64,000 nucleotides of DNA from Nitrospirota bacterium (GTDB taxonomy: Bacteria > Nitrospirota > UBA9217): NCBI GenBank assembly GCA_963818475.1, contig CAWFSF010000005.1:733035-797034 (forward strand). Direction: 5' to 3'. The notes under the pieces are model-generated. The model had not been told where the DNA came from and searched no databases. It was given only the letters and a program-made list of their open reading frames with translations. The translations under genes and the position numbers were made by a program. Of this stretch, positions 41,935-51,749 are shown piece after piece. The first letter of the stretch is position 1. Each line of letters opens with the position of its first letter.

Positions 41935-42261
41935 TTACGCCGCCGCCTTGTGCGCTTCCACGCGGAGTTGCACGCGCTCGTTCGTCTGCAGGATCTTGAT
42001 GATCTCCAGGATGTTGTCCGCACGAGGATTGCCGCGCGGCCCGAGCATGCGGTGCACGCTCTTGTCCGTCTTCTTGAGCTTCTTCGCAAGTTGCTGGAAG
42101 GTGATGGTCGCGTTGATGTAGTCGCGGAGCATGGCCTTGCCCGCATCCAGGTCCCCTGCCAGCAGCTCATTGACCGCTTCGGTCAGCATCTGTCTTCTGA
42201 ATGCAGGATCGCTTATGGCTCGTTCCATAATAGTCGTTCTGAATTTACGCGTAATAGGCAT
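41935..42261 (-). CDS. HTH antitoxin (addiction-module antidote)
   Basis: LRDYINATITF..LA...KSVHRMLGPRGNP; directly downstream of the RelE-like toxin. Confidence 0.85.
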   Translation of the reverse strand: MPITRKFRTTIMERAISDPAFRRQMLTEAVNELLAGDLDAGKAMLRDYINATITFQQLAKKLKKTDKSVHRMLGPRGNPRADNILEIIKILQTNERVQLRVEAHKAAA

Positions 42262-42270
42262 GGTATTACC

Positions 42271-42603
42271 TCATTTCTTTTTTGCTCTGACTTGCTTATA
42301 CTCCACCCATAGCGTGTGGGCGATCTGAATGTCTTTTTGCTGGGTCTTCTTGGCCCCGCCTCCCAGCAGGATGACCAGCTCAACGCCCTCCTGGCCGAAA
42401 TAGATCCGGTAGCCGGGACCGAAATCAATCTTATATTCTGACACCCCTTTTCCAACAGATTTTACCTGCGAAAAATTTCCCTGTTCCAGCCGATAGAGCG
42501 CTACAGCCACCTTCGCTGCGGCGTGCGCATCAAGCGCCGAGAACCACCCAGCGAACGGTGATGATCCTGCCTTCACATATTCGATGACTTTTCGGTTGGC
42601 CAT
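42271..42603 (-). CDS. RelE/ParE-family toxin (addiction-module killer)
   Basis: SPFAGWF, GNF..KSVG.GVSEYKIDFGPGYRIYF, LLGGG.KK.Q.KDI. Confidence 0.9.
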   Translation of the reverse strand: MANRKVIEYVKAGSSPFAGWFSALDAHAAAKVAVALYRLEQGNFSQVKSVGKGVSEYKIDFGPGYRIYFGQEGVELVILLGGGAKKTQQKDIQIAHTLWVEYKQVRAKKK

Positions 42604-42616
42604 CCACGCTCCCTAA

Positions 42617-42643
42617 GGTAACACATATGTTACCAATAGTCAA
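42617..42643 (-). promoter_or_regulatory. Toxin-antitoxin promoter with operator palindrome
   Basis: GGTAACACATATGTTACC palindrome within TTGACT-N17-TACCTT. Confidence 0.6.
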
Positions 42644-42699
42644 CAGACTACTTTTTCTTTCCGGCCCCGAACTGCTTGTTCACAACCTTCTTCACGATC

Positions 42700-43585
42700 T
42701 CATTCGCCGTTTCCTTTGACCGCAATCTTCTTCACACCGTACTTTTTTGAAGGATCTGCCTTCTTCGCTAATTTAATATCCATCTTCAACTGCTGTTTGA
42801 GGACCTTCCGCACATCTGCCATGCGAACGCTCTCCGGTGTTTGTATTTCAACGGCGCTAGCCGATGTTGCCGAACCTGTCGCTTGCTCACGATCGGCACC
42901 TCGCGCAGCGGAGCGATGAGCGTTGTCAATCATCCGGGAACTCTTTTGCGAAGTCTTTTGGAGAAGCTCCGACCTCTTGCTCGATACGGGACCTTTGATC
43001 AGGTCGGACATGGCAACACCTCGAAGCGTAAAAAAGAGCGTCGGGTCTTCGTCGAGCCTGGCGCCGATGCCATAGAGCGTCGCTGCAATGTGCTTGCACA
43101 TGCTCGCCCAGTCCGGACAGGAGCACTCGAATTCGATCTCCCTGGGTGACGGGAACAAGCCTGTCTTTGGCTGCATGAACGCTTCTTCGACTGCCTTGGG
43201 GAATTTTCCGGCCAGCAGTTCTTCGAGCGGACGCCAGTTTGCCTCGGCACGCGGAGGCGACCAGGTTCCAGGTGTTCTTGTTCAGCTTTTGTATCCTGAT
43301 CAAGACCTGATAGGGCTTCGCCCGGGAGCCCTGCACCAGTGCCGTGATCTCTCCGGCGCTGACCTGGAGGTCCAGGATTGCTCCACTCCCGACAGAGCTT
43401 CTGCCCCGTCCGATCCGGCTCGCGTACTCCGCGTAGGATTCAAGGTTCCTGTTCCACGCCTTGCCCCACCAGGTTCGCGCAATGACGCCGCCATCGATGA
43501 TCACCGGCCGAAGGTCCTGCTTTTTCTTCAGCTGATCCAGCTTCCCGGCCTTGCGGATATGTTTCGAAAAACTCCAGGCTGACAT
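42700..43585 (-). pseudogene. SWIM zinc-finger protein, frameshifted and probably decayed
   Basis: TWWGKAWNRNLESY...RIGRGRS, ALVQGS..PY; CSCPDWASMCKH in a different frame. Confidence 0.75.
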
Positions 43586-43758
43586 GATCTCCTTGATGTG
43601 GCGCTTCAATATTGGTGAAGTCTTAATAACTGAAGATGGCCACAAAATGCACAGAAAGCACAAAAGTAAAGCATTAGAAAACTAAATATTTTTTCTGTCC
43701 CTTTTGTGACTTATGTGGCTAAAAAGACTTTTTAGACGTAGTTTCCGGATCGTATCGT

Positions 43759-44154
43759 TCAGGTCTTGCCTTTTGACATTTCCGGTTTCGAACGAGCACC
43801 CTTGCTGATAACACGCTTTGCGTGATACGGCGCAGACGCTTCCGCCACACGCATTCCCGCCGTTTTTTTCTCCGGCTCGAAGGTTACTCGCACCCGCGCA
43901 TGTAAAACCTTGGCGACGCGCCTCAGGGTGCTGAGTGAATGTCCTTCGTAGCCAGGTGATTCCAGCCTGCTGATCTGCTGCTGGGATATTTTAAGGAGCT
44001 TTGCGAGGTCCTTCTGGGAAAGCCCCGCCTTGTTCCGAAGGGCGGCGATCTGGAGCGCCACATCCCAGGCTTCTCCAGCGCGCTCGAAACGGGCGGCAAA
44101 CGACCTGTCTTTCAATTGTTCTTCCAGAAATTTATCGAAATTCGTCTTTTTCAT
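43759..44154 (-). CDS. XRE/HigA-like HTH antitoxin; cognate toxin reduced to a remnant
   Basis: MKKTNFDKFLEEQLKD..F; LRNKAGLSQKDLA...SQQQISRLE; SLSTLRRVAKVL. Confidence 0.85.
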   Translation of the reverse strand: MKKTNFDKFLEEQLKDRSFAARFERAGEAWDVALQIAALRNKAGLSQKDLAKLLKISQQQISRLESPGYEGHSLSTLRRVAKVLHARVRVTFEPEKKTAGMRVAEASAPYHAKRVISKGARSKPEMSKGKT

Positions 44155-44301
44155 CGTCCTGCCATTCTGATCAGAGCTCTTCAACTCTTCCAGAAAATCC
44201 CGCGCACAGGGCAAGCCCCTGTTTCCATCCCATAGAATTCTACGATAAAATCCATAATCATTCAACAACAATATTGTTGTATAGGTCATCGGCTCATCAC
44301 G

Positions 44302-44433
44302 GGAAACTTTTTGAATTAGGGCGGGTTTGGAACCCGCCCCTACATAACGTTACGCCGGCCTGATGGACTGCCTCTTGCCCGCCGCCATATTTTCCGCGTG
44401 TCACGCAATGCCGCTCTTTTTATCTGAAGGATG
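44302..44433. repeat. Intergenic module A, second copy at 47827-47959
   Basis: Shared ttgaattagg.cgggtttg.aacccgcccctacataacgttacgccggcctgatggactgc...; partial copy at ~49912. Confidence 0.85.
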
Positions 44434-44463
44434 TATCCCTGAAGCCCAACAAATTATTGCAGG

Positions 44464-44510
44464 ATTTTACACGATTTATTGTCCGCTGTCACCTGTCAGA
44501 AGTGACAGGT
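44464..44510 (-). promoter_or_regulatory. lux-box-like palindrome + sigma70 promoter (copy 3)
   Basis: ACCTGTCACTTCTGACAGGT; GTGACA-N17-TAAAAT. Confidence 0.7.
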
Positions 44511-44522
44511 GCTTTCTTTCCA

Positions 44523-44622
44523 GCCGGGATTTACGGTATCATCGAGTTTAGCAATGAACGTGCCGCGCTATTCGCTGCATGCTTCACGAATAGTATGCCC
44601 TATTCAAAGTGATGTCAACGAT
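44523..44622 (-). promoter_or_regulatory. Repeated ~100-bp promoter module C (also 55379-55472, 60760-60855, 63300-63388)
   Basis: TTGACA-N17-TACTAT/TATATT with a GAATA(G)-N-CTATTC palindrome; sigma54-like CGGCACGTTCATTGCT at 44550-44565. Confidence 0.65.
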
Positions 44623-44989
44623 AACGAACGGGGGCGCGGCCGGCCTCTCAGGACTAAATGAGGCGCTGCGGTTTTTTTTAGCTACAGACCATGAGGTCGT
44701 TTTGCATAGTTGCTCACATTGTTCAAGGTGCCCGCAACCGGCTTTTTTGGCTTATTCCGAAATCATTTGTAAAATCTCATTGAATAAAATCGGCTCTTAT
44801 TATATACTTGTTCAAGTACGCAAGGCCGTTACTGCATTCAAACCCCGCTGGCCTCCGTTTTCCCGGTTCGACAAGATCGTGATGCTGGGCGGCATGCGGA
44901 CGTTTCAGCGTATCACGCTGCAGCGCAGCTGGTCTATGCATCGGCTGGTTCGTTCCGGTCCTTGTGCCGTACCAGAGAGAGAGTTCGAC

Positions 44990-45316
44990 ATGATGAATTC
45001 GACAATGGCAAACACAGTTCGCAGTTTTCTCGCATGCAGCATGATCCTTCTGGCGCTGTCCGGCTGTGCCCGTCTGCAAAAAGGCCCGAAACCGGCTGCC
45101 CGCTCGCAGGCGAAACCGGTCGATGCCAAAGCCCAGCAGCACTACTACGACCTGGGCCTTCAGCAGTACTCCAAAGAGAACTACGGAAAAGCCAAGGAGT
45201 CGTTCCAGCAGGCCGTTGAGTTCGGGCCGAATACTGCGCTGGGACTGAAGGCGCAGGATAACCTGAAAAAGATACAGAAGATCCTGAAAACACTTGAGGA
45301 GTTCGAATCAAAATGA
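44990..45316 (+). CDS. Small TPR-like lipoprotein
   Basis: Lipobox LSGC; YYDLGLQQY..ENYGKAKESFQQAV; stop overlaps the next start. Confidence 0.75.
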   Translation: MMNSTMANTVRSFLACSMILLALSGCARLQKGPKPAARSQAKPVDAKAQQHYYDLGLQQYSKENYGKAKESFQQAVEFGPNTALGLKAQDNLKKIQKILKTLEEFESK

Positions 45317-47172
45317 CCGACGACCCTGTCCGCATCGAGGCCGATCCTGCGCCGGAACCAGAGGCAGCCGCAGCACCGCAACCGACCCAGCCTGAGAAAA
45401 AGAGCGTTGCTGCTGCGGCGCTCCTGCCGAAACCGGAAGCCCCCGCTGCTCCTTCCTGGCTTCTCCATCGCATCAATTCCGTGAGCGTTCGCTATAAGAT
45501 CGCGGGCACGCTCCTCATCATCCTGAGCCTGGCCGTCGCCTCCCTCGGCATCGTGACCTTTGCACGCCAGAACGCGATCCTGCGCAATGAAATGAAAAGC
45601 CGCGCAACGACGCTTGCCCATCAGCTGGCGAACGTGGGCAAGGAAGGCCTGCTTACCAAACAGGAAATGCCGGTCTACTCCACCATTACGGACATCCTGA
45701 AACGGGATGATGTCGTCTATGCCATGGTCCTGGATGCCGAGGGGAGGGTCTTTGCCCACAGCGATCTTTCCAAAAAAGGCTCGGTTCCCCACGAAGCCTC
45801 GGACAGGGCGGCATTAAAGGCCGGGGACCGGCTGTTCCAGGAGACGCTCTTCAACAACGACGCTGTTCTGGACACCACGGTCCCGATCACCCTGAAGGCG
45901 ATGAATATGAAGCTCGGCGTGGCCAGGGTCGGCCTGTCGGAGAAAACGCTGAACGAATCCATCCGCAAGCAGAAAGCCATCTATCTCTGGGTCGCCCTGG
46001 GGTTCGTTGGCGGCGGCCTGCTGGTCTCCTTTGCCCTTGCCCGCATGATCACGAAGCCGCTCGATTCGCTGGCCGAAGGCATCAAGGTCGTCAGCCGGGG
46101 GGATCTGCGCAAGCTGGTGGCGGTGTACTCCGACGACGAGATCGGCAACCTGACCAACGCGTTCAATAAAATGATCCTGAGCCTGCGCGAGAAGCTCCTT
46201 ATGGAGAAGTACCTGTCGCAGTCCACGGTCGCAAGCATCAAGGAGCACCGTGACGTGACGCAGCTGAAGCTGGGCGGCGAGCGGAAGTACGTGACCGCCC
46301 TGTTCTCCGATGCACGCGGCTTCACGTCCCTGTCGGAGAAGATGAGCCCCGAGGACGTGGTCCGTCTCATGAACGTCTACCTGAACCTGCAGGCACAGGT
46401 CATTCACCAGTTCGGCGGGACCATCGACAAGTTCGTCGGCGACGAGGTCATGGCCATCTTCGAGGGCAGGGGGAATGAGATCAATGCGGTCAGGGCAGCC
46501 GTGGAGATCCAGAGCTACTGCAGGGAGCTGAACGCGGCCCGAGCAGCGGCGGGCGAGAAGACCATCTCCATCGGCATCGGCCTCAACAGCGGCGAGGTCG
46601 TCATGGGGAACATGGGCTCCGAGGACCACATGGACTATACGGTCATCGGCGACAACATCAACATTGCGGCGCGCATGTGCGGCATTGCCCAGCCGGGGCA
46701 GGTGCTGGCCGGCAAATCCATTGCCGATGCGATCGGCGAGAACGCAACGATGATGGAAATGCACCCGGTCATAGTGAAGGGCAAGGACCAGCCGATCGGC
46801 GTTGCCGAGGTGGTGAGCGTCAAGGGCGGAGCGCGGCGGTACATGCGGAAGTCAACGGACGCCACGGCAACGTACACGCTCGAAGGGTTCTCCGACGAAA
46901 CCTACAACGCCTACATTAAGAACATCAGTCCGGCCGGATGTCTTTTGATGGTCGACGCGGCGGTGGCCATCGGCTCCAAATTGAACCTGGCCATGAACCT
47001 GCTGGCGCTCGATAACATGACGGTCCGCGCCACGGTCTATCACGCCAGAAAGCAGGAGCGGGCCTACTACGTCGGGCTTTGCTTCGAGGACCTGGAGGTG
47101 GAGGCCCGGCACCGCATCATTCAGTGGACGCACCAGGTGAACTCGGAGATCGTGGAAGGGCTGCTGCTGTAA
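45313..47172 (+). CDS. Membrane class III adenylate cyclase with HAMP and C-terminal PilZ domain
   Basis: TM-periplasmic-TM-HAMP; LFSDARGFT, DKFVGDEVM, YTVIGDNINIAAR; PilZ RRYMR...NISPAG. Confidence 0.9.
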   Translation: MTDDPVRIEADPAPEPEAAAAPQPTQPEKKSVAAAALLPKPEAPAAPSWLLHRINSVSVRYKIAGTLLIILSLAVASLGIVTFARQNAILRNEMKSRATTLAHQLANVGKEGLLTKQEMPVYSTITDILKRDDVVYAMVLDAEGRVFAHSDLSKKGSVPHEASDRAALKAGDRLFQETLFNNDAVLDTTVPITLKAMNMKLGVARVGLSEKTLNESIRKQKAIYLWVALGFVGGGLLVSFALARMITKPLDSLAEGIKVVSRGDLRKLVAVYSDDEIGNLTNAFNKMILSLREKLLMEKYLSQSTVASIKEHRDVTQLKLGGERKYVTALFSDARGFTSLSEKMSPEDVVRLMNVYLNLQAQVIHQFGGTIDKFVGDEVMAIFEGRGNEINAVRAAVEIQSYCRELNAARAAAGEKTISIGIGLNSGEVVMGNMGSEDHMDYTVIGDNINIAARMCGIAQPGQVLAGKSIADAIGENATMMEMHPVIVKGKDQPIGVAEVVSVKGGARRYMRKSTDATATYTLEGFSDETYNAYIKNISPAGCLLMVDAAVAIGSKLNLAMNLLALDNMTVRATVYHARKQERAYYVGLCFEDLEVEARHRIIQWTHQVNSEIVEGLLL

Positions 47173-47481
47173 AGACCGGGGAAGCGAAGGGGCAGGACTT
47201 CGGGTTTTGCTTGCGCTCTACCCGACCTATGAAACTTGTACGATAAAGAGCCGATAATTATCAAAAGAACGCAAAAAAAAGTATCAACTGCATCAGGGTA
47301 TTTCTCAGGAGGAGCAAAGACCGCACAGAGAAGAAACATGCCGAATACAATTGCAACAGTGGAGCCCCAGAATTGTTTATACATGGTTTCCTCCATCACT
47401 CCTACTCCGTTCCTCCGAACGGGATGGATGCTAGCAGGGATATCCCGAGTGCATTTGGGCTCACTTCAGCGCCTATTCCTT

Positions 47482-47724
47482 TTATACGGAGATCTTCCGT
47501 CTTGGAGCAGCTGGCCCTTGCCTTATCGCCGACTCAAGTTCAGCGGTAAAAAAACGTCCGTTGGACGGCCGCATTCTCGGACTGACATGAAGTCCCTCCG
47601 GAACGAATTCTCCGCATAAGCACTCCCATCCTCCGTCTGCAAAGAATTCGTCGTGAAGTGTTCTTCCGCAGATAGGACAGAGACATTCTTCTTCATGACG
47701 TAAAGTGTTGTCTCTTGCAACCAT
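47482..47724 (-). CDS. Small Cys-rich (zinc-finger-like) hypothetical protein
   Basis: GAGG RBS; CPICG...WECLCGE. Confidence 0.45.
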   Translation of the reverse strand: MVARDNTLRHEEECLCPICGRTLHDEFFADGGWECLCGEFVPEGLHVSPRMRPSNGRFFTAELESAIRQGPAAPRRKISV

Positions 47725-48014
47725 ATGCCGGCACCTCTTTCTTTCATCAAACTTTCGGCGTTGTTCGGCATAGAGGCGTCGGGTTTCACAAAGAAACGTT
47801 CTACCTGACCTACCCGGCTCATCTCAGGAACCTTTTTGAATTAGGACGGGTTTGAAACCCGCCCCTACATAACGTTACGCCGGCCTGATGGACTGCCGCT
47901 TGCCCGCCGCCATATTCTGCGCATGTCCCGCAAGGCCGACCTGCTTTAGCTGGAGGATGCAGGCCCGCCTGTCCGAGCGCAGGACAAATCCGATGACCTA
48001 GTGCATCTTAACTT

Positions 48015-49312
48015 CTACGGATTGGGCGCCTGATAACTTCCGGAGCTCGATTTCGACATACTTCCTTCATAAGCATACGTGCTCACGGAAAAATAATCGA
48101 CCTTGTTCGGTCTGAATGCTGCAAGGGAATCGGGCAGCTCCGGATATCTGAAACTGGTCCTTGAGCGCATTAAATTGCCAAGAGATAAATACAAGTAGGT
48201 TTCCGCGGAATGGAAACCCGCATTGATATAGATATCGGTCGCAGCCGGATCCGTTCCAGACCAGGACAGAGTCGGTGTGGCCGTATTTGCACCGATTACG
48301 GTGACCGAGGGGGCCGAGAGCGCTTTACTGAGATCAAAGCTTTGATCCGAGGGCGCGCTTCCTGACGTTTGCAAATGTAAGCTTTGGTGAGAATCTGCGA
48401 TACCATCGTGGTCCTGGTCAAGCTCTGCATCAATTCCATAGCTGACTTCGCTGCCAAACCCGGGGATGTAAGCCACCGCGAGGGTTGTGGAGGACAGACC
48501 GGATAGAAGTGAATATGATTGACCAGACCAGAAACCCGGAATGCCGTTGTAAATGCTCATGGAAGGCTGGAGCGTGACAGCGGTGGCCGGTATGTTCGAG
48601 ATCTGGTACTGCACGAAGCTCATAGGCTCCATCGGTATGTCTACGATCATCCCATCAGTGAACGTCTGACCCGTCAGAATACCATAAGCGATAGTATTAT
48701 ACTGAGCGTCCTTGCCTTGCACGAAAATGGAAAAGGTGCCGTCGTTATCAAGATCGCTCTCTCGCAGGGTAATGGTTTGCTTGGTTAGCAGGCTTTATAC
48801 CCAAGCGAATATCTGTGACCGACCGATATCTGATTCCGAGTAACTCCGATCGGCGTATTGGTCACGTTCACGGTGATCGTACCTAAGGGGAGATCACTCA
48901 CCGGAGGCAGGATCGAAGGACCTGCTGCCGTAGCTGCACAATTGTTCAGGGACAGAACGGCCGAACTATTAACGTCGAACTGGACGGTGATGGAATACGT
49001 CGTTGTCGTCGATCCCGACCGTAGGCACGTGATGGCCGCGGTAACGGTCGCATCGGCCGGCGCATGGTCGAAGGTGATCTGCCCTTCGGCGTCGGTCACG
49101 CCGGAGGCCTTCATCGCACCGTTGCTGTCGCCCAGGACCACCGTTGCATTCGGCACGCGAATGCCTGAATAGTCGGTTACCGTAACGATGGCTGATGCGC
49201 CTTCGTTGTCGCTGCCGGCGCTGCCATCGTTTCCGCCTCTACAACCTGACACTGATGAAGATAGTACGACCACGAATAACCAAAAGCAGATCTTTCTCGT
49301 GCGCTTAATCAT
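48015..49312 (-). CDS. Lipoprotein with carboxypeptidase-regulatory/Ig-like domains (indel ~48790)
   Basis: Lipobox VSGC; VPNATVVL...GVTDAEGQITF; continues in ORF 48015-48722. Confidence 0.7.
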
Positions 49313-49422
49313 TGGCCAGCCCTCGATCTTTCAAATGCAAAATAGTTGTTCGTCCTGTCCCCGCAGTCTTGAAAAGCATTGACAAAGCCGGGGCCGAAGT
49401 GCTCCCGACAAATTATTACAGG

Positions 49423-49469
49423 ATTTTACATGATTTATTGTCCGCTGTCACCTGTCAGAAGTGACAGGT
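49423..49469 (-). promoter_or_regulatory. lux-box-like palindrome + sigma70 promoter (copy 4)
   Basis: ACCTGTCACTTCTGACAGGT; GTGACA-N17-TAAAAT; homology to copy 5 extends over 49411-49543 and 51567-51699. Confidence 0.7.
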
Positions 49470-49540
49470 GCTGTTCCTCCAGCCGTCTTGTGGTCGCAAT
49501 CATCGGGGTCGTTGTGGCCCCGGATTCTTTTGGCTCTCTC

Positions 49541-49778
49541 AGCAGGTGATGTGCGTAAAAGCATTACGCAAACACGAAGTTACAGGAAAGCGTTTCAAAA
49601 GGCAAGTTTCATGATGGGGTATTTTCAGGGTAGTGACGGTGGGGTTCAGGGGCACGTCCGACCCTTTACGGCCTCGGGCAGAACCGGCGCTACCTTCTTT
49701 CTCCGGCTTTCCGCAAGGGGTGAACCGCAGAGAACGCCAGGGAGAGGATCACCGTGTACGCAGAAAGCGCGAAGCACG
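49541..49778. repeat. 238-bp near-perfect duplicate of 52763-53000 (3' end and downstream region of the membrane protein gene)
   Basis: Direct comparison; one visible substitution. Confidence 0.92.
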
Positions 49779-50091
49779 GGGGACTTTGGGGACGTTGTTA
49801 CTTACGTTGCGTTATGGCTCCACACCCAATCTTTTCACGCCTGTGTTCTGTAATACCGTCAGGCGTTTTGATGGGGACCGTGTTCCTAACTGTGCTTTAC
49901 TCCGAATGCTATGCCGGTCTGATGGACTGCTCTTGACGTGGCTAGTCTGTTAAAAGCATATATGGAGACAACGTTAGGCTCCCTATCGTCGTATCGAAAA
50001 AGGCCGGAAAAAAATTATTTCCGGCCTGGGATTATAAGCAGTGATCGCATTGTGAGGACGCAGACCTGTCCCTATAGCCTACTGTCGCAAT

Positions 50092-51210
50092 TTAAAGGCG
50101 AATCATCTTGGATAGAATAATATTGCCGTTGGCGTCATGCCCGAGGATGAATACGGCATCATCTGTTCCAAGCGCCATGTCGTCTATCGGTCCCACGGGA
50201 TAGGAATCGTTGATGCGGAAGGCGGTCTTGTTCTTGATCTTGTAGAGCGAGCTCGAGTTGGCGTAGCTCCACTTCGACACGATGATGTTGTCCTTCCTGT
50301 CGATCTCCAGGGCGCCGAATCCTGAATTCCATTCATATCCTCCCCTGGAATCGGGATAGAAGGGGAGCTTCGACTCAAGCACCACGCCGTCGGGAGAGAA
50401 TTTTATGATATAGGGCGTCGCTTCCGCGCCGCCCCTGCAGTACATCAGGATATACTTATAGCCGGATACGATGATGTTCCCGGAAGCGTCGGTCTTGACT
50501 TCGGCAATGGAAGTGTTATTGCCGCACACACCGCCCTGATATCCCGCGTAATCGATTGCGGTCAGAACGAGAGCGCCGTCCGGGCTGTACTTCTGGATCT
50601 TGGCGAAAGTCCGGTAATAGTCTGACGTCAAGGCAAGGACGACGCTGCCGGTACCGTCCACGGCGAGGTCCGACGTTAGCGACGAAAGCGAGGGTAAGTT
50701 CCAGGCAAACGTGCCCGCGCTGTCGTATTTGGTCAGCGTGTACGCGCCAAGCCGGAGCGAAAAGACCAGGAGTTCGTCGGAGGGACCGGTAACGACCTTC
50801 AGGATCCTGTCGTTCGGAAGGGTCTTTTCCCAGGCGACCGTTCCGTCCGGATTGTGCTTGATGATGATGTCCATGAGACCGACATAGAGGCTTCCGGACC
50901 GGTCGATGGCTGCCGCCGGCCTGCCGGGATCCGCGAGGTTTTGAAAACTCTCGCGTGAGATGCTGCTGTCCCACCTGGCAACGCCGTCCTCATCAGTAAC
51001 GATCAAATGCAGATTCACGATGCCGGTTGGGTCGGCGAAGGTCGAGACGACGGCGACCGTCCCTCCCTTGGTAACGACCTGCGTGGCTTCGCCCTGGCCG
51101 ATCGTTTTTTCCCAGAGCAGCGGGTTCTGCCCGCCGAATGCCGTTCCGGCCAGAACAATGAAAGCAAGAAGAGAAAGAATAACTGTTTTGTTCATCGAAC
51201 TTTTTTTCAT
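50092..51210 (-). CDS. Secreted beta-propeller (SBBP/NHL-like) protein
   Basis: GGAGG RBS, signal peptide; repeated AID.SG.LYV, KY..DG...W and D.SGNIIVSG blades. Confidence 0.75.
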   Translation of the reverse strand: MKKSSMNKTVILSLLAFIVLAGTAFGGQNPLLWEKTIGQGEATQVVTKGGTVAVVSTFADPTGIVNLHLIVTDEDGVARWDSSISRESFQNLADPGRPAAAIDRSGSLYVGLMDIIIKHNPDGTVAWEKTLPNDRILKVVTGPSDELLVFSLRLGAYTLTKYDSAGTFAWNLPSLSSLTSDLAVDGTGSVVLALTSDYYRTFAKIQKYSPDGALVLTAIDYAGYQGGVCGNNTSIAEVKTDASGNIIVSGYKYILMYCRGGAEATPYIIKFSPDGVVLESKLPFYPDSRGGYEWNSGFGALEIDRKDNIIVSKWSYANSSSLYKIKNKTAFRINDSYPVGPIDDMALGTDDAVFILGHDANGNIILSKMIRL

Positions 51211-51578
51211 GTGGACCTCCCCCTTGATTTGTATTTTTGCGGATTGCCGCACTTAAGATTAGGTTTCTTATTTATATGGGGATGTTTATTTGGGACGTGT
51301 GCTTTACTCTGAATCAGCATCTATGCCGTGGCTAGTTTGTTAGAAGCATCCATTGAAACAATGCCCTCTCGATTTTCCCAATATCATCCACCGGTGACGA
51401 TGACATCAAATTCGACAAGAGCGTCGAAGTGGTTTTTCAAAAAAAACGCTTTCGAAGATATGCGCCCGGACATGCCCGTCAATTAAGATTCTGCGCAATG
51501 TACTTCCCCAGCATGCCGTAACTATTGACCGTAGGATGGATTCTGCTGTGACGCGTCCCCGGACGGAATTATTACAGG

Positions 51579-51625
51579 ATTGTAAATGATTTATTGTCCT
51601 CTGTCACCTGTCAGAAGTGACAGGT
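51579..51625 (-). promoter_or_regulatory. lux-box-like palindrome + sigma70 promoter (copy 5)
   Basis: ACCTGTCACTTCTGACAGGT; GTGACA-N17-TACAAT. Confidence 0.7.
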
Positions 51626-51749
51626 GCTGTTTCTCCGGCAGTCTTGTGGTCGTTATCATCGGAGTCGTTGTGGCCCCGGATTCTTTTGGCTCTCTCAGCT
51701 TCATTTCTACCTGGCGATCGGTTAAATGATAGCCATGGCCAAGGATTCC

